A DNA stretch of 63,986 nt, counting the filler, from Diploschistes diacapsis (taxonomy: Eukaryota): the NCBI GenBank assembly GCA_023645945.1. It is 6 parts of 6 records of this genome, joined end to end, with 100 filler letters (N's around TTAATTAATTAA, not from the genome) between each part and the next. Parts side by side here need not be neighbours in the genome. Positions count along the whole stretch, not along the records: positions 1 to 29,526 come from JALAIB010000133.1; 5 more parts are not named here. One strand, 5' to 3'. A program made the position numbers and the translations under genes. Below, one piece after another: positions 1 to 9,676 of the stretch. Each line of letters starts with the position of its first letter. Position 1 is the first letter of the stretch. The notes beneath the pieces were generated by a model, which saw only the letters and a program-made list of their open reading frames with translations, searched no databases and was not told where the DNA came from.

Positions 1-520
1 TACCTTGTATAAATAGAGATCATAACACAATCCTACTTCATCACAGACTTTACATCATACAATAATATTTATTATTGTTTCACTGTAAGCTTGCTAGGCA
101 GGCTAGGATTTATACTTAGTTAAGATTATTTTAGTACTCCTTTTTCTTTTATATAGGAACGCTGCGCCACTTCACCCGTTTTAATTTGAACCCGGTGTTA
201 ACCGGCGAGTACTTGAACACGCTAGGGTTATAACCTGTGTGCCCATCCTAGGTACCTCGCCACCAGTATTGATCGCAGTAAAACTTAACAGCCTTGCTGT
301 CTCGAATAATTTAATTAAGCGCGAGGGCGTCGGAGGCGGAGTGTTTTTATTAATAGCATCGATGGTTAGCGTAAACCTTAATGGTTACTATCACAGATAT
401 CGAATTACCACAGAAGTGACGAGTCAAGCAAGAACCATGTAAACATAGCCAAGCTGTTCTAAACTCCCCGGTCTGCCCTACTCAACCCTTTATAGCACCA
501 CACTAAAAGTTTTGGACTTA

Positions 521-1465
521 ATGCGCACCCCTCTTCAGCTAAGCGACGATAGGGCGTCACATCAAGACAGAGGCGTTGGATGCTCCCCCAGAAGATGTAT
601 ACCGGCCCCTCCAACGCCTTCAGCGGACGTAGGCGTCAAAGAATCAATTCTAAGTCCTTCGGCGGACTTTGGGACCGTACCAGCAACGGTGGAAGAGCTC
701 AACATCACCAGCCTGACGCCCTGGGCAGCAATGACCCTGCTTACCACGTGCGTGAAGTCGATGATCAGCGAAGAGAGCCAAGAGCCGCCGACGCCACCAG
801 CCAGTTCGCCGACAGCCCCCAGGACCACAACATTTCCTCATACTGAACGTGGCGGCTTGGTAGCAAGTCAAGACGGTACCTTCGACCTGCCCATCCGAAG
901 CGCGCGATATCTCACCGAAATCCCAAGCCAGCACAAGACACCTATTGGTAGCCCAGAGATGCATCCCCAGGACACATCGAACACTCCACGGCCTTCGCAG
1001 TTATCACTCGACGACACCCCCTCAGAATCTGACTACCAGTGTATGGCAATGGCAAAGATGTTCCAAAGCAAGACGCCTCCGCCAATATCGTTGACTGCGT
1101 ATCTCCAGCGCATCCACCGGTATTGCCCAATGAGCACGGCTGTCTATCTGGCAGCTGCACACTATATCCAGCGCATCACCCAAAGCCTATGGGGACCCAC
1201 GGACTCAGAGGAAAAAGTGGCCGTTTTTGTCCAGATCACGCCTCGGTCTGTGCACCGGCTGGTGCTTGCTGCCCTGCGCATAGCAATGAAAGTGCTTGAG
1301 GACCACAACTGGCAGCATTCGCGGTTTGCGGGAGTAGGGGGTGTGCCGCAAGCGGGCCTTACCAGAATTGAGCTTGCAATGTGCTATCTACTTGACTTTG
1401 AGCTTTTCATCACCAAGGACGCTCTCGATCAAGTCGCTAAGTGGATGGTGAATAACAGACCGTAA
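521..1465 (+). CDS. PHO85-type cyclin (PHO80/PCL6-7 family)
   Basis: Single-exon ORF from the first ATG at 521. The C-terminal cyclin box has FQSKTPPPISLTAYLQRIHRYCPMSTAVYLAA...SVHRLVLAALRIAMKVLED...FAGVGGV...LTRIELAMCYLLDFEL. Confidence 0.85.
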   Translation: MRTPLQLSDDRASHQDRGVGCSPRRCIPAPPTPSADVGVKESILSPSADFGTVPATVEELNITSLTPWAAMTLLTTCVKSMISEESQEPPTPPASSPTAPRTTTFPHTERGGLVASQDGTFDLPIRSARYLTEIPSQHKTPIGSPEMHPQDTSNTPRPSQLSLDDTPSESDYQCMAMAKMFQSKTPPPISLTAYLQRIHRYCPMSTAVYLAAAHYIQRITQSLWGPTDSEEKVAVFVQITPRSVHRLVLAALRIAMKVLEDHNWQHSRFAGVGGVPQAGLTRIELAMCYLLDFELFITKDALDQVAKWMVNNRP

Positions 1466-2105
1466 TTTTGACATGGAAACTACTCATTATAAGCCGGTTC
1501 GGGGCTAGACACAAGTGACTTGTTTCACGGGTGCTTATTGTGATCATTATAGGATGGGAAGATGGTGGCCCGGTTTGCTATGATCCAGCGGAAGTTTTCC
1601 CGACAACATGATTCCTCTTTTTTCCCTTGGGTATATCACTGATTGATTCTCTGACCGGTTTTGGGTGCAAAAGGTCCGCCTATTAGTATCAGTAATACCA
1701 TGTGCTATCGAGGACATAAATTCAAAGTATCTCATTCTCATGCTTTGCAGAGAAAGGCAGCAATAGTGCAGGCCTAGTCTTGGCCTCCTGGGTCCATTTA
1801 ATTTACCTTTTCATTGAGATTCGTGTATATAGTGTTCTGCTCAGCGTCCGAACGCTGGGAATACTCCCACAACTATGAATTGAAGAGGAGGTTTATAGAA
1901 CAGAAGTTTCGCTTCTCAATTTCAAGACAGGGTATGAAATAGTATTTTTCTCAAAGAAAGTTTGTGCTGCGTAAAATCTGATGTTCACCGGCTGCGTTCC
2001 GATTGGTGGACCTCTGACAGCCTTGGCTCTCTTCAAGAAACCTCAGGGAAACTTTTGCAGAGCCTAGGTTTTGAGAGCTTTCGGATCGCCTCCAATGCTG
2101 CCACG

Positions 2106-2913
2106 ATGATCCAACTCAAGGTACCTTACTCTCCAGCTTCGGGCTGAGTGGCCTCTGATCTTGTGCGTGAATCCACAGCTGACATTCCCTTTCTCCAGAC
2201 GATGCTTAGCTGCATCGACAACTCGGGCGCCTCGATTGTCGAGTGCGTCGCCAACTTGCGCATGAAGCGCCATGCAAAAATCGGTATGGAAAGTCTACAT
2301 TGCCCCGACCGTGGCACCTACAAGCATTCCCGGCCTCCTCTCCACAACCGAACCTTCCGAACCCCTTGTACCATCGACATCCGCTAACGCACCATCTTGT
2401 CTCCCAACAGGTGACCGCATTATAGTCGTGGTGCAAAAGCAGCGAAGCCTCGGCGAAGCAGCGGGCGGCTCGGGAGCCTCGACGTCGGTATCGAACAAGG
2501 TCCGGAGAGGCGACATACGGCACGCGGTCGTGGTGAGGACGACGAAGAAGTACCAGCGCAAGGACGGCGTGTGCGTAGGGTTCGACGACAATGCGTGCGT
2601 GCTTATAAGTAAGGCGGGCGATCCTATTGGGACGAGAGTAAATGGTATGTCGAGCTGTTTGTATGTGGCATACGTGGCCGAGACGGCTACATTTGCGGTT
2701 AACATGAAGCTTGGAAGAGGATGACAAGTCTTGGTCTCCCATATCGGCCGTCAATTCCGGCTCGCTAATCTCTGGCTTTGATGAAGCTATGCTTGCAATA
2801 TTACAAGTATGTACAGGACTCTGCTAATCAAAGTTTGCACAGGCATCGTCGGCGCAGAATTACGAGAGAAAGGATGGTCAAAGATCTTGTCGCTCGCGGC
2901 CGGACACGTTTAA
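2106..2913 (+). CDS. MRPL38: Mitochondrial ribosomal protein uL14m (L38)
   Basis: Exons 2106-2120, 2199-2283, 2411-2644 and 2843-2913 give MIQLKTMLSCIDNSGASIVEC...HAVVVRT...FDDNACVLI...GTRVNGIVGAELREKGWSKILSLA, which is the uL14 signature. Confidence 0.93.
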
Positions 2914-3102
2914 GTAGCGATTGCATGGAAATGGTGTTATGGGCTTTCATCTCGGCTAAGAGGTTGTAAATATGTATATGTACAATGAAGGTGAATATTG
3001 GCGCCGACGTTTCATTTGGGTATCCTTTAAATCATTACCTTTTAGCAGACCCGACCCTCAATCCACAACTCCAAGCTATCAATGCAATGCCTGTATAAGC
3101 CT

Positions 3103-3907
3103 CTAATGGAAGATTTCGCCGCAGTTACAGCACACATAGAAAAGTTGCTTAAAGACAGTAAGCGCAAGCTTTGCTGGATGGAACTCGGTAACGTACCATG
3201 CCGGTCTCTGAAGTTCGCTGCTGCGACTGGAAGAAGACTGCCTCCAGCTCGTGACATCTGGGACACTCCTTGTTCGAGCGGGGAAGCTGTGGTAAGATAG
3301 CGTGTTAGCACCTCCATAGAAAAGGAATCGAAAGGGATCAAGCCCAGAATGGTCCGGCTCGTCTGTTGCCCCTAGTCTCCTGATTCCGCTTCTACTTCTA
3401 TCATGTCGCAGTCGAGGTGCTGTGTGGAGGAGAGCCACAAAATCTGCAACTTCTGAGGACTCTGCTTGTTGAATTTCACGGATCTCGGCTAGTACCGCTA
3501 GAACCACGACTCGACGCTAGGTCGGATCCACGATCCTTACACCAGGCTTCGTTTCCACACAAAGTGCATAGTGGGATTTTATCGGCAAAATAAAAGCGGT
3601 CACAAACCGTAGGATCCGAACCCACGTCCTGTGTCACGCCAGCCGTCTCTCCAACGGTATTCGATAAGGTATTGCGATAGACACAAGAAGAAGGGGCTGG
3701 CTCAGAGAACTGGCAAGTGCGGCATGCAAATATCAACGTGTTGCTCTCTCGGTCCTCTTTAGGGTAGAGCATGTTGGAGCTATGGCTTCGTTAATAGACA
3801 ACCTCGGCACGAAAGTCAAGAACTTACCATTCGCGACAGAAGCGAAAGGTGATCTCCTCCTTGCCGCCCGACTGTTCTTCCTCCGGTGCTGGGGATGATG
3901 TGGACAT
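3103..3907 (-). CDS. RPB9: RNA polymerase II subunit 9
   Basis: Exons 3907-3828, 3779-3608, 3286-3197 and 3147-3103 give FRFCRECSNMLYPKED...CRTC...QDVGSDPT|LPRSNKECPRCHELEAVFFQSQQRTSETGM|QLFYVCCNC, i.e. two zinc ribbons. Confidence 0.95.
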
Positions 3908-4457
3908 TATGATGTAGATGACGGTGAAATTCTGACTGTGATCAATGACTGAGAAGTTGTTGAGCTTGGAGATATCTGGTCAAGGCAAGGCGATTCGATG
4001 CCAAATGTATCAAGTGTCCGATGTTTGCTCTTTTCGACGCCTAGGTTGACGATGGACAGCTTGGGAACAAAGCCCGAGTTCACAGCGCAGAACAAGCAGC
4101 AAGTGAGATGGCCCGGCGTTTTCTACGGAGATAAATAGTTAATTAGCAAAGGTGGATTAGGTAAGTTGCCGAGCGGAGCTGTGGAAACCCCGCCATTCTT
4201 TCCGTAAGCTTCGCTGTTTCTAAGTTATAGCTGCGACGAAACAACCTAGCAAACAAACAAGCAGCACTTGACTTCATCTCACCCATTTGACAGTCTACAG
4301 CATCTTCAACACAGCTGATTCTCTTCGAACCCGTCCTGCTGGTTTTCTACTCTCGGATTTATCACTTGCTCTTGGTTGCCTCTTTGGGACCTGAATTGAT
4401 CACGAGCTCAACACGTTTCGTTGGCGCTTGTGTCGCGTAAATTGAAACTTCTTCGGC

Positions 4458-5185
4458 ATGGTAAGTGCGACTCGACATTCAATTTCTGGAATTGTTTGCT
4501 TTGTGCTTCGCAATAGCGGGCGCCGTTGGTTTGTCGCCATGCTAATGACTTTGCCCTTCCAGTCTTCGTCGGGTCTTCCCAGTGGATGGGAGGTCCGACA
4601 TTCGAACTCGAAGAACCTTCCCTACTACTTCAACCCAAGTTCAAAAGAGAGCCGTTGGGATCCACCTTCAGGCACCGATACCGAGAATCTCAAGTCCTAT
4701 ATGGCTACCCATCACAGCTCGGGCATTGCACCCACACCATCGGCAAAGACCGAAGGCAAAATCAGAGCTGCGCATCTACTAGTCAAACATAGGGACAGCC
4801 GTCGGCCCAGCAGCTGGCGCGAGGAGAAGATCACTCGTACCAAAGATGAAGCCATCAACATCCTTCTCGGACATGAGCAGCAGATCAAGAGCAAGCAGAC
4901 AACCTTGGCGGATCTTGCCATGAAGGAGAGCGATTGCAGTAGTGCCAGGAAAGGTGGCGATCTGTAAGCATGAAGACGAGTGCAGGCCTGTGCCTTGGCT
5001 GACAATAGGTAGCGGATATTTCGGCCATGGTGAGATGCAGAAGGAGTTCGAGGAGGCAGCATTTGCCTTGAAGAAGGGCGACATGAGTGGTGTCGTCGAA
5101 ACGGCGTCAGGAGTACATCTTATTGAACGGTACGGTAAACTGGCCTGAATTATGGGATGATGCTCATGTTTCCAGCCTTGAGTAA
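4458..5185 (+). CDS. ESS1: Peptidyl-prolyl cis-trans isomerase Pin1/Ess1 (WW + parvulin)
   Basis: Exons 4458-4460, 4563-4963, 5013-5129 and 5176-5185. WW domain (LPSGWEVRHSNSKNLPYYFN...WDPP) plus parvulin motifs (HLLVKHRDSRRPSSW, SDCSSARKGGDLGYFG, MQKEFEEAAFAL). Confidence 0.95.
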
Positions 5186-5417
5186 ATGATAGCACAAACT
5201 GTCCTTACAGTATGGAAGCGTGTTCGTGGACGTTTGGCAAGGCGTTTCGGTGGAAATATACATAAGCGAAGGTTCGCAAAAGCGTGTGCGAGGACAATTC
5301 GCCGTTATGGCGATGAGCAGCTGACATGTACATTCAATGTGTGAACTTCCTATCATACCCAGGATTGCGTCTTCAGACTGCAATGGCAACGGGTTGGCCT
5401 AACGCCTTGCCTTCAAC

Positions 5418-6875
5418 TCAGAGTGACCGCCCTTGCTTCCCAGCCGAAGGGCGATGCCCGGGTTGATGCGCTCGCCGAGCACGTGGTCGCCTTGGACCAC
5501 CAGGCATACCTGGAAAGCGATTCGGCGCTGATCGCCCAAAACCACCCCCCTCCAAGCCAGCAGACGAGCTAGAGCCGAGGTGTGTCCTTTGCCGTCGGTG
5601 AGCTCGGTCTGAGTCCGGGTATGGTGGATTCATTCTGCCACGACCTCCACCAAACGACGAATCCTCGCCACTAATTCCCAAAGAGCTCTTATCCGATGCA
5701 TCAAGTTCATCTAGCACAGAGTTTCCCTCTTCCCTTGTGTTGTAAAAGTTGGGTCGGTGGTGTCTGTAAGCTCGTCGCGTCCTATTTACCCCTCTCCTAC
5801 CAAAATTCAATCCATCTTCATCATCCCAAGATGCATAGTCAGCCCTAGGCGGAGGCCTTCGAGGATGCCCGTGTCGCCTTCGAGGACGGTCCTCGTCTCC
5901 AGACCCCCAGGAGTCTCGGGGCGCATGGATTGAGCGCGGCGGAGCGTGTTGAGCATTGATGCCGCCCGCAAGACCATTCAACCTTCCATCGCGGAGACTC
6001 GCCAACACGTTCAGAAACTGGGGATTGCCTTTGAACAGTGTCCAGTTGGAATCGACCAATCGTCTAGCCTCCAGCTCCTCTTGGTCGTCCCTTGCTTGCT
6101 GTCTGCGTTGTTCGTCCCTCTCTCGTCTATCCTGCCATGCCCGCCTGGCTGCCAGTTCATCCGTATCGCTGTCTCGTTGACGACCAATAATCCCATAGTT
6201 TCCGTTCATTGCTCCACCGTTGATTGGAACTTGATTCCGATATGAAAGATCAATACCTGGAAAGCTCGGGGACAACAGCCTTTGCAGCGGATGCATGATC
6301 TCATCCAGGCCATCGACGGAGGGAAGCCCAAGCCTGCCATTCATTGGGGACGGCACTTGCGGATGGCCGCATGATATACAAGACGGCCTGAGATCCAAGA
6401 AGTCGGGGACGTGAAAGCAAGGAAAGCTGACGTGTGAACCGCAATTCGGGCAACAAGGAAAATCACTGGTGAGGTTGTGGGTATGTCTGCTAAAGGTCGG
6501 ATATCGCAAGCTTAGCTGCGTCAGGGGTTGGTCCTCCGGCTGCTGTGCTCGCATGTGCATGAATTTGAAGATTCCTTCTAATGCGTCTGTGCTCTGGCCA
6601 GCGCGCCGTTTCCTCAATCTGTTAAGGTATCGGAAGTCTTGAGCTACTGGGCCATTCTCCAGTAATTCCAGCGCAATTCGCTCACTTCTCTGTCTTCTCG
6701 TCTCGGACTGTGGGTAGTCGATGGTCCAGATGCGCATATTGACTGCAGAGCACGAGGAAGTAGTGGGGAATGGGAAGGAATGAAGGTTAAGAATCGATCT
6801 GCTCTTATTGTGAGGCGCACCAACAGTGAGGCCATTGGAGTTCTGTGCGTCGGGGAAAACTTCGGAAGCGTGCAT
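5418..6875 (-). CDS. Hypothetical protein, 485 aa (CxxC...CxxC segment, R/G/P-rich disordered C-terminus)
   Basis: Long uninterrupted ORF with no family recognised. The true start is uncertain. Confidence 0.5.
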   Translation of the reverse strand: MHASEVFPDAQNSNGLTVGAPHNKSRSILNLHSFPFPTTSSCSAVNMRIWTIDYPQSETRRQRSERIALELLENGPVAQDFRYLNRLRKRRAGQSTDALEGIFKFMHMRAQQPEDQPLTQLSLRYPTFSRHTHNLTSDFPCCPNCGSHVSFPCFHVPDFLDLRPSCISCGHPQVPSPMNGRLGLPSVDGLDEIMHPLQRLLSPSFPGIDLSYRNQVPINGGAMNGNYGIIGRQRDSDTDELAARRAWQDRRERDEQRRQQARDDQEELEARRLVDSNWTLFKGNPQFLNVLASLRDGRLNGLAGGINAQHAPPRSIHAPRDSWGSGDEDRPRRRHGHPRRPPPRADYASWDDEDGLNFGRRGVNRTRRAYRHHRPNFYNTREEGNSVLDELDASDKSSLGISGEDSSFGGGRGRMNPPYPDSDRAHRRQRTHLGSSSSAGLEGGGFGRSAPNRFPGMPGGPRRPRARRAHQPGHRPSAGKQGRSL

Positions 6876-7375
6876 CCTTGTACGACTTTAAAGCATTCGG
6901 AACTGGTTGCTCAAAAATCGATCAGGGCACGCCGATCAGGGCACGCTATGCTAGGCGCTTCGAGAGATTGGCCTGTGTAGCGGTAAGTGTTTCTTGGCTG
7001 CTAATTGCTTAAGCTAATGCTATAACATATCTGTCACTTTTAGGACGAGTTTCCATTTTGACAAGGTTTAGGACTTTTACCGTTGGGAGTGGGATCTTCA
7101 CAATAGCGATCGTCACGTTGAATAGCTTGAAAACCTCTGCGTTCCCTAGAATCTTCATGTTGGATACAGTCAAATGACCTTCAATAGCTACGTGCCCTTC
7201 AACGACTTCAACGCCGTATCCGTTCTCAAGGCTTAGCATGCAATTCCCGACCAACATTATTTCCTAAACCAAAGAACCCAATCCCCCAAAGATCTTTAAG
7301 CGCAGAAATAACGCCATGGAATGCAGAACGGCCCTAACCGGAATTTATTCCAGCTTCAAAAAGCTGGAATTTGAT

Positions 7376-8464
7376 TCAAGGGTGAAGTGAGCTGGTAATC
7401 GTTGGGGCAAGCGATCTTCTCGGTCGACATAGCTCCTGCGTCCAGCTTAGACACTCGCTTCGGGTCGCCGACATCCCGGCCCACAGTGCTTGTGTCCAAG
7501 GATCCATGCCAATCATGATGATTAGGAGCTCGATCATCTTGTTGACTTCCTCCGAATGGTAGTCTGTTACGTACTGACAGTAGAAGTAGTTCAAGAGACG
7601 TAGGACTCCGCCCCGCACTATGTCAAGAGCAGCCGTTCGCAGCCAAACACGTCGGACCAGGCTCGAGAACATTGTTCCGCATGGATCTCCCGAGCCTGTA
7701 ACGACGACGGTGAATATGATCACCGTGATGATATTACCCACCAACAGAGCGACGGAGGTCCAATGTATTATTCGTTTGCTCCAAAGTAAGACAAAGCAAG
7801 TATAGAGAGGATGTCGAATCGAAAAGCACAGACGATGCCACCAGCACCGAGGATGGCTACATTTCCCCTCAAGCTCCAGCACGGCTGGATCGACATCCTG
7901 CGTGTTTGACAGGGGCGCAGCGAATTGACATCGAAATTCCTGTCGAGTGCCGATTGGAGGCCTGCTGTTGTGATTGCTGTTGATGTCGCTGCTTGCAGCG
8001 GCTTCTTGGGAGGACAACTCCGGTTCTGGCCGTCGGCGCCCCGTGTTGGCTACGATGGGATCTTCATCTCCCAGGGTAGATAAAGAAGTAGGTTGTACAG
8101 TTCGTATCGCCGTTGCAACAGATGAGTGGTTTGTATCAGCGGTAGGTTCCTCACATAATGTCTCAGCATCAGCCTGTTCGCATTAGTAAGGACATGGTCA
8201 ATTCTGAGAAATAAGGTTTACAATGTCGGAAGCTGATAGAAGTGGGCTTGCACGAGTGCCGCTAACTTCTTCTGAAGGGATCGGGCTCGCCCGACGCATG
8301 CTGAGTCGAGTCGAGTGGGCTATACTGGCGCGACTTGATGGAACTGGACTTGCTCGGCCAATTGTCGGTGTTCTTTGTCTCATTGGCATGGGAAAGAGTG
8401 CCAAACCGGCCGTAGATGGTAGCCTATGTACTCGTGTTCGACGTCTTTCTTCATGGTTGGCCAT
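7376..8464 (-). CDS. Hypothetical membrane protein (~346 aa, two exons)
   Basis: ATG at 8464 (MANHEERR). A phase-0 intron at 8221-8174 (GTAAAC...CTAAT...CAG) joins ORFs 8198-8695 and 7376-8017 in frame. Hydrophobic segments occur in the C-terminal half (WTSVALLVGNIITVIIFTVVV). Confidence 0.5.
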
Positions 8465-9079
8465 GAAGCATGAACGAGAACAAGGCGCAGAAAACTTGGT
8501 GTATAAAGAACTACCATAGCAGAGATTTGCAAGACTGCAAATATTAATGCAAGCAGAGAACAGCACGAGATTTAGGACGACTAGGGGAGGTTGCCCGCAT
8601 CTTGAAATGTGAGCTGCGAGCTGCCCTCTTTCCTTCCAGCACGGAAGGCACGATGATTCCTGAGCCTTGACAGGAACTTGCACAAGCCTCGCCAAAGAGC
8701 AATGGGAACTAGAATGGGGTAATGAGACGGTTTACCCAGCGTAACTTGATATAACGCATTCCCTGTCTGCTTCCAGGCATAAGACTGCGGCTGCATTCTC
8801 GTATACAATTGTAGAGAAAATAACGCTACATAAAAGCCCAAAAGAGCTAGTGCCCCACTAAAAGGCCAATTATATCATACCTAAATCGGTCAATCTTGTA
8901 TGAGTACCAGATTCGCCTTTAGCCCAAGTAGACGTCGTGCTCTCATATTTAACTCTTCTTTCCTTCTTCCGATAATTGGGTAGCGGAAAACTCAGAGAAA
9001 TCTTAACCGCTTTCAAGAACTCGCTTTCAAGAACTCTTCTAAAAAGGATCTGTGGACTGACGTTAGGCTGTTAAATTGT

Positions 9080-9317
9080 CAGTTCACAGCCAATCCACCT
9101 CAGGACCCAGGCCCTATAGCTGCGCTAGGCTTCGCCGGCGCAAGAGCCTAATCTCCTTTGGGTTAGCGGATGATCACAGGGCATGTTGTCAGCCGCTGAC
9201 CGCAAGGGGCTTAGTGCTAAAGGCTAGCCTAAAAAGGCTTAGTTTCAAGCTGGCGTTAGCCGGCACATAACTAGCACGTCAGGGTCAGGGTCGTAGTCTG
9301 AGGTAAGGCCATAACTG
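9080..9317 (+). ncRNA. Candidate structured ncRNA or degenerate fold-back element (family unknown)
   Basis: Extended self-complementarity: acctcag/ctgaggt, gaccc/gggtc, gccct/agggt, cgccggc/gctggcg, gggttagc/gctagcct. It is capped by two apical hairpins, one with a GCAA tetraloop. Confidence 0.35.
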
Positions 9318-9676
9318 CAAGTGACGCTGTTCGAAGCACCTAATAGCTTAAAACCCGGAACTTACCGGCCTGTCACAGATGGCGGAGCAAGCATTCAAGT
9401 CCAAGGCCAGGTAAAGCAACACTCCCGTTCCGAGGCCACTGCATATTTCAACGCGCCGAATTCAGTTCCTATTCGTACACGACAGTACTTGTCCCGTTTG
9501 TCAACGGTCAACCAACGCCAACAGAGACTGAAACCTTGGCCTGTACATTGCCCTCCTTCTCCATGTCTCCTTATGCAGGAAACAACGCCCCTGGACGCCA
9601 TCGCTATGCCAATATGCCAAATCTTCATCAAGGCAACGCCTGCGTTGAACGTGATTGCCACCAATGCTAGTCTCTA

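Noticed and set aside
1..442. AT/TA-rich start of the window and ORF 239-442
   Set aside because: It may be a RIP-degraded repeat, but there is no terminus, second copy or recognisable protein to support a call.
9008..9036. 14-bp tandem duplication CGCTTTCAAGAACT x2 upstream of the fold-back
   Set aside because: A simple slippage-type duplication with no evidence linking it to the structured region.
9200..9214. CAAGGGGCTTA resembles the RNase MRP 3' conserved motif
   Set aside because: The complementary GAAAGTCCCC-type 5' motif was not found upstream, so RNase MRP is not called.
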